Below, one piece after another: positions 28,401-37,711 of a stretch of DNA of 64,000 nt. The translations under genes and the position numbers were made by a program. The notes beneath the pieces were generated by a model. That model searched no databases. It was not told the origin of the DNA and was given only the letters and a program-made list of their open reading frames with translations. Origin of the DNA: Antedon mediterranea (taxonomy: Eukaryota > Animalia > Echinodermata); NCBI RefSeq assembly GCF_964355755.1, contig NC_092670.1:6562201-6626200 (forward strand), read 5' to 3'. Position 1 is the first letter of the stretch; each line of letters begins with the position of its first letter.

Positions 28401-31400
28401 CTGTTGAAGGTAATTCAGATAAAAGAATGTTTACAATAATAATGTATTCGAAATGTTACAATATTACACAAAACCTAATTTATATGTATGTGCTGGACAA
28501 AAATAATTATTAACACAATTGTTGTTCTAATAGATAACGAAGCGCCTGTTTTAGAGTGTCCTCGTGACATCATTGATGTAGCAACCACCACATTGGGAAT
28601 CCGCATTACTTGGCCAGATCCCAGATATACTGATAATTCGGAAAAATCTGTGAATATAAGTTCAACACGAACATCAGGAGATGTATTTACTTTTGGGACA
28701 CATACTGTAACGTACACTGGAATTGACCAATCAGAAAACAGCGGTACATGTCAATTTGAAATCAAAATAGGAGGCAAGTATTATGAATGTTCAAAAGATT
28801 TTAATCTTTTGAACAGAAATTGATTGACACAGAAATTGGAAAGAAGTATTGTCTGAAAATTGTTTTCATTGAATCTTCACTAGTCAAGCCTGCTACATCA
28901 ATGAAAAACCATTTTTAGACAATACTTTTTTCCGCTTTCTGTGTCAACATAGTTATAATAGTATCTAAGTGTGACGTAGTAAATGTACTGTACAATAAAC
29001 CTCAAATAACCCAATTCAAGGTTGGTTTAATTTGTAATTCTCTGAATATTAAATAAGAATCAGATACAAAACTGGCACATTTGTATTATATTTAAGTTTG
29101 TTTGCTATTAAACAAATCAAAAGCGTCTTGTATAGGTTATAATTGATGTTGCAATATTTATTTTCACAGATTCGTGTACTTCTTCACCTTGTCAAAATGG
29201 AGGAACCTGTGCACAGTTAGAGACAGACTTTGAATGCAACTGTCCTGTATTATATGAAGGCAACTTATGTCAAATACCACCAGGTATCTATAATAACCAA
29301 GTTGGTAATCTCGTAGTACTAGACCGAATTGTATCCTATTTGTCATTTTGCATTTTATCTAAAACTTATATAGACACTATAGAAGTGTTTCCCATTGTTA
29401 TTTAGGAACGAGGGGCCATTATTTTGAATGTTTTCTTATTATTTACTAGCAGTAAAAACAAGCTCTTGTAGAATAATACATTTGTAATGATGATTCATGA
29501 TGCACGTTTTGCTTCACTGATGTTTAGTGAGGTTAATAATAAACAATAGGAATTTGAAACCAATATATCAGACCAATTTCATACAACTAATATACATATA
29601 TTACATAATATTTAGGTGAGCCAACAGCAGAAATTCAACCTTTATCGAAGAGTGTTAATTTGCAAAGTACAGTCACATTTGAATGTATTATAACTTACTC
29701 AATTGATTGGCGTTGGTATAAAGACGACGTTGAACTCTCATCTGAAACACAAAGTCTAAAGTTCCTCACAATTAATGAAGTTGGTCTGGAAAATCAAGGC
29801 TATTATTACTGCAAAGCGTTTGGAGTATCACCACATGTTGGCGTAACAGATAATTCAATGAAAGCAGTTCTTGTTGTTAAAGGTACGCTTATTACAGTAC
29901 TTACTTCAAAGCTACTACAAAATAGACACATAGTGTAATTTAAAAAGGGATCATTATAAAGATACTGTCTGTTCAGAGGTGCATTATGAAATAATGTTAT
30001 ATCCTCAAAAGGAATATTTTTCTGTCGGTTTAAATTTTCATAAAAATAGTCCAGAAAAAAAAAAGATATAGATATAAACTTGTAACTCTAGAAAAGGCAA
30101 TGCCATGTCGACCAATCAAGTTCTGGTATTTACATAAGCCAATATAATACAGATATACCGAGGGGTTTTCTTTGTCTTGGCTGTCAAATTGTACAACGAT
30201 AGAAAAGGCAGTATGTGTTATATTACATTTTCCCAGTGCAGTACTTTAGGTAAAAAAAGACTGTTTCCAGTTACTTAGATCAAATATGCACTGGAAACTT
30301 ACCCTTATGCCTTTGTTTTAACATAGAATGTGTAGTATAAAAACACATATAAGTTAAGTAACATCAATTGAAGTTTATTTATGCATTCAACGAAAGGGTA
30401 TAATTAAAATCTTTTTTCACATGTTATAGATTTTAACATTCATTATCATTATAGATTGCATTATATGAAACATAGATATATTTAGTATTCTTTAGAAATA
30501 GCTATTGCTATTGAATAATATGGTTCAGTACTATATTATTTACAATTCTTACTAGCTTTGTATCTATTATTATACAGATGCTATTGCTGTGCCAACAGTG
30601 TTAACTTTCCTCAATTTTCAATTTACTTCGGCAATGAACAACCCTTCCTCTGAAGAATTCAAAAACACTTCTACTATAATTGCAAATTTGGTAGGTTTTT
30701 ATTAGTTTATTCTTTTTGAAAATGGCTAAAACATTATTTATTATAGCCTGAGCATATTATCGCCTTCTCTGATTATTTTACCTCTACAGTTTTCACATTA
30801 TTTTAGTTTTTCAGTTTATTCATCTCTATTGATTGATTTTTATTCCATATTCAATCAAAATGGTAATGGATACAACATATACATAATAAAAAATAGACTG
30901 TTATTATCTTTTGATATATAGGCTTGAAAGAAATGTTCATGTGCGTGTCTTCCTAAATGTCCTGATGTCATACTTCCTTTTATGTTTACAGTTAACTGAG
31001 AGCATAAGTATAAGTAATATATTTGTTCAAGTTCGTACTCTAAGATCTGGAAGCGTGATTGCTAATATCAACATATACACACCAAGTTCGGATGTATCGT
31101 ATGACAATTTCAGCAACAGTTTATCAGAAGAGTTTACCAAGTTAGGAAATGAAGGAACTATAGATGCTGATAATATTGCCATATTTAGCACAGGTAAGAA
31201 CTTGCAATTATATTTTTGTTTTACGTTTTGTATAAAAATGCATTTGAAATGAGGAAAATCATGGACCGTTATGTTGTTGTGTTTATATAATCCATTTAAA
31301 AAAAAATAAATGGGTTCATTCATTTATTTATTAAAGAGAGTTGTGAAAAGGAGATAATAGATGACTTAACATTCGAAACTACTGATGCTGGTCAAAATGC

Positions 31401-34400
31401 ATCCTCCAAGGAAGTTTGTCCAGAATCTAAAATTAATTGTAAGTTTGAATTTTTCTCTATAATTTATATAATATTATGTTTGGTAAAATAATTGCATGGA
31501 TGAATGATTTTAACTAATGCATTATTTTCCTAATATACAAATCAAGTGAATTGTATCGTTTGTGTAAAGCAGCAGATTAAATGATTGTACAAAATTTACT
31601 TTGGACTGAGCACCAAACACTTGGAATTAGTGATCAACTACTGACTTATTACAAGACTGTAGTGAGTATATTTCTGTTCACACCCGGAAGAGCCGATTGT
31701 AGTGATCATTCATTTTAAGACTAAAATATTCTATCTTATTTCCACAAATAGATGGTATGCCTCTAGGCTTGTGTACATGCTATAGTGATGGCCTGTCAGC
31801 TGCTGTGTGGCAGGATGTAATATTACAAGACTGTGGTAGAGATGCTACAGCCGATGAACTTTTAGAAAGGTTAACTATGGTGAGTTAAACATTTGTAGTG
31901 GATTTAGATTGAATCGAAGAAATTGATAAAATAGTTTGCATTATTAACTACTTATTAATCTATTGAAACAAGTGCCTGGAGTAAGAATACTGTTTACCAT
32001 TTCTCTTACCTACTAACATCTGTTTTATTAGCAGGAATGATATTCCAACTTAAAGCTCAGGTGCAGACATGAATTTTAAATATAATATTTTGTTAATTGT
32101 ACATAAATCAAATATTTGTAACAGAAATCGAGACGAAAAAACATGAATTTCCCATAATATGGTCAAATACAAAATTTGGCAACATTCTTCCATAAAAACC
32201 AGGAAGACTTTTTTTCAGTAGTTAGGTAGTTAACCTAATGTAATAACATGTCTGGTGATTCCCTAGACGGTGAAAAAAGATGGTGGATATACAGTGGATA
32301 ATGTTTGCTGAAAATCTGAAGTTGAATAAAAATATCAGAAATGTAATATTCAAGTTATATTACCTATATTTAGTCATCTGATAACATTTTTTACCACACC
32401 ATTTATTTTTCATAGCTTTTTAAAAATGCCTCTCTATTTACAAAATTTGTGTACAAAAGAATAGAGATTTTACTGTGTAATTTGAACTAACTAACTAACT
32501 GATATGAAAGTGCTTATTTTCAACAAGCTCGTGTAACACAAATAAAATCCCAAAAATTATGAAACATAGGGGAAACTATAGATCGATAATTATTGGAATG
32601 TATGATCAATAGACATTTTTTGCCCGCACCCGGCCTTTAATGTTTTGAAATTAGAGATATTTCAAGTTTACTGCTCTGATATTTTAAATATTAGTACAAA
32701 TTCACCATTATTTTAATATTGATTAATAATTGATGTTGATGGTACAGTTTTGTGTATTACAAATTAATTTCTAATTTTTGTTTCTAATTATAAATATATC
32801 TGAAAAATGTTTAGTAGTCCCTTGAAACATACTTACATTCCATTATTTATCAACACCTTTTTCATACTATTATTTTTCTGTCGTGTATTATTGTTTACTT
32901 TATTTAGTGATTCTAGTACAGTTCTTTAGATTTTATTAGCGTGTTTAACAGTAGCGTGTTAGCATGTAGCCCTACCCAGTGGCTAAAATCACAGTATAAA
33001 TACAGGAACCCAATATGTATTTTATATTTGTGCAGGTGACAGTTACTGAAGAAAATGCAGAGAAAGTAATTACAGCAGTCAACAACATTACAACAAGTGA
33101 ATCAGACACTATTACACCAGATGGTTTGGAAGCAACTGCAGAAATTATTGAAAGTGTTACTTCTGTAAATTCAACATCTGCTGAAGTGAGTTTATTCACA
33201 CTTAAAGAAAATATATTCTTCTACGATTTAAATTGTTGATTAGAGTAGGGATAATAGTTTAAAAACACAAATTGTTATTTAATTTTAAAATTCCATTACA
33301 GGTGACATCAACTTTAGTTGACACTGTTGCTAGTCTTTTTAAAGTGGATGAGGAGGTTCTTTTGGAGAGTCAGATGGAAACACAAGCTCCAAGTAGAATT
33401 GTTGAATCTCTTGAAGAACAATTAGCAGTTGTTGATCTTGAAAATGATAAATATGAATTTGTAACGAGCAGTGTAGCAGTACAAGCTCAGAATGTAAAAA
33501 CCAATGAACTCGAAAACACTGGGATTGGATTTGCATCTTATCAATCGGCAGATACTAGTGTAATAGTAAATGTGACAGGATTTAGTGAGGAGGATGAACT
33601 AGATAATTCCGCATCTGTCAGTATCTACATTCCTTCGACAATTACTGAAATGTTTGCAACATCTAATGGTATGTTGTTAACAGTCTAGTAATATTTCTTT
33701 TGTGACCGTGTAAATGTCATTATAATTATCTTATCAACATCATTGGTTTTCGAAAATAGGAGTGTACTGTACATTAAAGCCCAATGCAAAATTATGTCAA
33801 TTGAACAACGTGAGTTTATAAAAGAACAGAAAATATATTTATTTAGTATTACTCGCCAGAAAATGTATCTTTTTTTTAACAGGATCAAGTGCTGCTTTTC
33901 GTATTGTTACAGTAGTATATAATGATAGTTCACTCTTTCCGACAAACCAGTTTAATACTGACAGGCGACCCAATGGTCAAGTAATTTCATTGTCAATACC
34001 TGGAGTAGAATTGAACAATTTATCAGATCCAATTATTACAACATTTATACCTGCTGAGGTAAGTAGACAACCTGTTTCTAGAGTCTAGTATTTTACATTT
34101 AAATTACAGAATACATAAAGCATGATATTCTTCCTTATCTTCTATACATATCTTGAATAGAAATATTACCTAGGAACGTCATAAATGTAAGATCATAATA
34201 GTAAACTTCTCTAATTAGACTATGAATTTATTGTTTTAGAAATGTTACATTTAAGATACACACATATTGTTAATCTCCCAATAAACACTCTAGTTGTAAT
34301 AAGTACTTTGTGTATAGAGATTTTACATTTAAGATCCTAATAAATATAATGGAATATGAATATTATTTGTGGGGATATTACATTTCTTATTGAATGTAAA

Positions 34401-37400
34401 CTTCTCTCACTTGACTAATGCATATCATATGATGTTACATTGAAAATCATAATGATACACTTTTTTTTAACTGGAAGTACCTCTTCTGAAAGAATCACAA
34501 ACTGGTGCAGAGGTATTTTAATATTATACCATATACAAAAAAACATCGCAGTACATGTAATATGGTTAGACAAACTAATGTATAATGACTGTAACGTGTG
34601 ATGTCTGGTTTACCTTGAATGTATATACAGTTTGTATAATTTGATTTTCCTACTTCTAGATATCCGCAAATAATAACGAGACAGCCTGTGTGTTCTGGGA
34701 TTTTGAACTTGATGGTAATGGTGGATGGTCAAGTGCTGGATGTTACTTAGCTAATGGATCATTGGATGGCAGTGACAGACAAATTTGTCATTGCGACCAT
34801 TTAACCAATTTTGCAATTCTTATGGTAAGTTATGGGAGGATATAAATTCTTATAGCATAACACTCAATTTGTTTTACTTAGTACGTGACACATTTTTTAT
34901 TAAATAAGTATGCACCAGCATGGCAAACATTTTAAAATAATAGCATATTGATTTGAGTTGACCTTTTATTCCACGCTCATTTATATAGCACACACTCTTT
35001 GGGAAATATGAGTAAACCAACTACAAAAACGTATTAGGCCTACGTATTGAAAAAGAAGAGAATTGTAAACAAAAACACATTTTGTTTTCATTTAGAATTT
35101 TTATGGAGATGATAAGGTTCCTTCACCGGAATTAGCAAAGTACATAACATACATTGGTCTTGGTGTTTCAATTGTTTGTTTAATTGCAACCATATTTACC
35201 TTTACAACAAACAGGTAAGTTATTACTACAAGTTTGAGTTTGTATACAAATGTACTTTATTTCTAAAAATTCAAATTTGCTCAATTGAGCTCAGATCTTA
35301 ACACTGGTCATCAGACACAATTTTGATTACCTATATGTATGATCCTAGTGATCATTGTATCACCAGGAGTATTCAGTAATGTAATGTAACTTTATTGCTG
35401 CAATACAAATTTACTTATAACAATGCAGTATAAACAGTAAAGCATTTCTTTTATTAAGAATAAATTGTGTATTCCAAAAATCAGAATTTTGATGATTTGT
35501 ATTATTAATTAATTATGAAAAAAATGATGCATTGTTTTGTTTCAAAACAACTGAAATTCCAAAGCTCTAATAATGAATTGACCGAGTTCTATCATCTACA
35601 AAGTCTTGTAACAAGTATTTTGATTTTTTTTGTCACAAGGAAAATCCTGAAATCTCTTAAGCATCAACCTACAACTGTACTCTCCAAATGCTTAATTCAA
35701 TTTTGTGATGTTCCTTTTAAATTTTCAGGAAGCTACGAAGGAGTAAACCACAGCAGATCTTATGCCACTTATGTGTATCATTACTCTTCTTGTATTTTAT
35801 CTTTCTTGTTGGAATTGACAAAACAAAAAAAGAGAGCACTTGTACGGCCATCGCTGGACTGATTCACTATTTTTTGCTCACATCTATCTTTTGGATGTCT
35901 GTGCAGGCTATTAATATGTATTATTCATTTGTTAAAGTTTATAACACACATGTTTCTAGATTTTTTGTGAAAGCCTGTCTTTTTGCTTGGGGTAAGTAGC
36001 TCATCACCCTTACTGTGTTATTAACTTACTAATGCCACATTTATTAATGTACACACACATTATAAGCATGCTTAAAGATCAATTACATACTTCTTATTTT
36101 CTTTCAGATATATTATAATACAGTGATTTAAAATTTACACGACAAAGAAACACACATGTTTTCTTAAAATGTTCAAACAAAATGCTATGAACAATATTAA
36201 AGTAGTTAGGTAGTTCAACCTTATGTTACCATATTTTGTGACTACTAAAACAATGAACATTAAACGTTCAATAAACGTTGGTGGATAATTTATGGTATAC
36301 TGTAGCATGAAATAAAATCTGGAAGTCAATGTATACACCAAAAACATACATAATGTTTAATGCCTAATACAAAGTTATGAAATTATTAGATCAATAATTA
36401 TTTTAACGTATAATGATATAGAAATGCTTTACTCTTGCACCTTTTATTTAAATTCTTGGGAAAATTAGTTTAGGCAATGCTTCATATGTTACATTTTGAA
36501 ACCATCATTATACCAATATTTAATCATTGGGCCGCATCTTTGTACGCAGTGGGAAATGATAAATATATGCTTTATTTATTACTACTTTAAACCACAGGAC
36601 ATATCAAACCATTAAAATTAATATTCAAAGAAGGGAAAAAGTGGTGAAAAAAAAAATTATGAACAAAATGATGCAAAATTCTCGTCGTAATACAGTTGGT
36701 TTTTAATATGTAATGATGACTGTTTGTTAATTATAGTTTATATAGCTTTTAAAATGTATTGATTACAGGTCTACCATCGGTGATTGTTGCGATAACTGTT
36801 GGTGTTGACGTCGACAATTATGCCAATACAAAGCATTAGTAAGTGACAAGACCATTTAAAAAAAGAATCCCTCTTTATTCTTCTTAATTCAAGCTTCTGA
36901 CTGTGCTTATTCATGCTTTGCATCTGTAGTATTTATTATGATCGAGGCTCATTTGACGGATTTCCTTTACGGTTTTATATTATATATGTTTTCATTGTCT
37001 TATATTGTAACTTTATAGTTGCCTCCAAATAAATATTGTTGTTTTTAGGCATATGCAGTACTATATTCTTTAATGTACTACAATACAGAATAAACCACTT
37101 TTATTTATATCCAACATTTTTTTTTCAGTTGCTTTCTTTTTGTAACCCGTATGTATTACAGCGTAGCATTACCTATTGCCATCTTGTTACTCTTCAACTT
37201 GGTTGTATTTACTATGGTAATGTACAGTCTAAGTAAACTTGGTAACGTTGCAAAACAAGCTCACCGAATTCGGAAAAAAAACAAAGGCATGCATTTACTA
37301 CAGAATGCTGTGTGTATATCGGTAGTGATGGGAATGACGTGGCTTATTGGATTCTTTGCAATTGGTAGTGCCTCCGGGATGATCCAGATACTCTTCTGTA

Positions 37401-37711
37401 TTTTGAATTCCTTTCAAGGATTTTTTATATTTCTGATGTATTGTTTAAGAAGTAAAGATATTCGTAAATTTTGGGTAGAAAAAACTCGTAATAGATTGAA
37501 ATCAATGTCGTCAACTTTTAAAGGAACCAAAAACAGCACTCTGTATTCCAGTGGACGTAAAAGTAATTCAACGGGTTTGAACACATCTAAAAAAGTTCCC
37601 GAGTTTTTATCGAACCAAAGAAGTTCAGATTTTAGAAACTATACAAATAGCAACCAGGTATCCTTTGCCAAATCTTCAAATGTTTCTAATGACTTAAGTT
37701 ATCGGAGATAG
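177..37711 (+). CDS. Giant HYR-repeat adhesion GPCR (5'-partial, 62 exons): 48xHYR-EGF-Ig-SEA-HormR-GAIN/GPS-7TM
   Basis: Manual spliced model. All junctions are AG/GT (one GC donor at 28774) and frame-compatible, ending at TAG 37709-37711. The GPS motif CVFW...W...GC...CHCDHL|TNFAILM followed by seven hydrophobic segments defines the adhesion GPCR family. Similarity to ADGRG-type receptors is an inference. Confidence 0.92.
3094..3231 (+). mobile_element. Short 5'-truncated non-LTR retroposon 3' end
   Basis: Absent from the paralogous introns (~12121, ~18841). Contains a GCGGG-tttt-CCCGC stem-loop, an (AAAAT)n tail and AAGAA on both flanks. Confidence 0.5.
4766..7172. repeat. Intronic minisatellite, ~35-41 bp unit, roughly 60-65 copies
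   Basis: Unit CATTGTAATGG(T)4-7[A/T]TCTGCACTA(TCA)2-4(CCA)T repeated over ~2.4 kb. Confidence 0.98.
7508..7867. repeat. Intronic tandem duplication, 182-bp period, 2 copies
   Basis: ACTGTAGTCTACATAATTTACTTTGAATAAATTGAA starts at both 7508 and 7690. The paralogous intron 14031-14291 has one copy. Confidence 0.85.
7913..14030 (+). CDS. Gene 1 HYR exons 10-21 (12-exon unit ABCD-ABCDEFGH)
   Basis: Exons 7913-8155, 8306-8548, 8641-8892, 9253-9510, 9700-9942, 10096-10338, 10426-10677, 11078-11335, 11617-11859, 12282-12521, 13099-13341, 13785-14030. All lengths are multiples of 3, phase 1-1. Confidence 0.93.
14292..20471 (+). CDS. Gene 1 HYR exons 22-33 (12-exon unit ABCD-ABCDEFGH)
   Basis: Exons 14292-14534, 14683-14925, 15012-15263, 15893-16150, 16494-16736, 16877-17119, 17210-17461, 17798-18055, 18338-18580, 18958-19197, 19715-19957, 20226-20471. 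Confidence 0.93.
15501..15826 (-). mobile_element. Retroposed insertion with target-site duplication
   Basis: Flanked by CCCTCTGTTATTT / CACTCTGTTGTTT. The empty site CACTCTGTTATTTATAGAG is present at ~89-107. The minus strand ends in AATAAA...A-run. Confidence 0.6.
20656..28773 (+). CDS. Gene 1 HYR exons 34-48 (15 diverged, non-duplicated HYR modules)
   Basis: Exons 20656-20898, 21149-21394, 21762-22007, 22307-22555, 22841-23083, 23276-23524, 23969-24220, 24501-24746, 24995-25237, 25839-26099, 26640-26882, 27382-27633, 27782-28030, 28167-28409, 28534-28773. The last uses donor AG|GCAAGT. Confidence 0.9.
28824..28947. repeat. Imperfect ~50-bp-arm inverted repeat (MITE remnant or hairpin)
   Basis: TTGACACAGAAA..GGAAAGAAGTATTGTCT..TTTTCATTGA pairs with TCAATGAAAA..AGACAATACTTTTTTCC..TTTCTGTGTCAA. 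Confidence 0.8.
29170..29283 (+). CDS. Gene 1 EGF-like domain exon
   Basis: Translates [38 protein letters not shown] (6-Cys EGF pattern); cacag|...|gtatct, phase 1-1. Not in the ORF track. Confidence 0.93.
29616..29882 (+). CDS. Gene 1 immunoglobulin-like domain exon
   Basis: VTFEC...WRWYKD...LTINEV...NQGYYYC Ig motifs; phase 1-1, 267 nt. Confidence 0.9.
30578..31193 (+). CDS. Gene 1 SEA domain (exons 30578-30690, 30992-31193)
   Basis: [15 protein letters not shown] (SEA N-terminal motif) and [11 protein letters not shown] (F/LR-x-GSVVV-type SEA motif). Confidence 0.8.
31337..31879 (+). CDS. Gene 1 hormone-receptor-motif (HormR)-like domain (exons 31337-31438, 31752-31879)
   Basis: SCEKE...[19 protein letters not shown]...LGLCTC...AAVWQD...QDC. 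Cys/Trp spacing and the position just before GAIN fit HormR; phases 1-1 and 1-0 are compatible. Confidence 0.7.
32054..32636. mobile_element. Degenerate TTAA-flanked non-autonomous DNA transposon (Kolobok/piggyBac-type TSD)
   Basis: TTAA|AGCTCAGGTGCAGACA ... TGCCCGCACCCGGCCT|TTAA; imperfect terminal inverted repeats. Confidence 0.4.
33036..34824 (+). CDS. Gene 1 GAIN domain with GPS autoproteolysis motif (exons 33036-33185, 33302-33668, 33883-34058, 34660-34824)
   Basis: Helical GAIN-A-like segment, [13 protein letters not shown]...NGQVISLS...NLSDPI, then [19 protein letters not shown]...[14 protein letters not shown]. Confidence 0.93.
35096..37711 (+). CDS. Gene 1 secretin-like 7TM and cytoplasmic tail (exons 35096-35214, 35729-35991, 36769-36838, 37129-37711)
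   Basis: TM1 [13 protein letters not shown]; TM2 [10 protein letters not shown]; TM3 [23 protein letters not shown]; TM4 AWGLPSVIV; ECL2 YCFL; TM5 [10 protein letters not shown]; TM6 MGMTWLIG; TM7 [10 protein letters not shown]; Ser/Thr/Lys-rich tail. Confidence 0.95.

Noticed and set aside
660-28823. Treating each ~80-100 aa ORF as a separate small gene or as a prokaryotic cassette array
   Set aside because: Each is bounded by AG/GT splice sites at identical domain positions. ORF starts and stops fall in introns or at alternative start codons.
320-33536. Numerous minus-strand ORFs of 60-120 aa overlapping HYR/GAIN exons
   Set aside because: Antisense shadows of the + strand exons, with no independent motifs or splice structure.
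34140-34470. Degenerate repeats around TTACATT in a GAIN intron
   Set aside because: Irregular period and low identity; cannot be defined reliably by eye.
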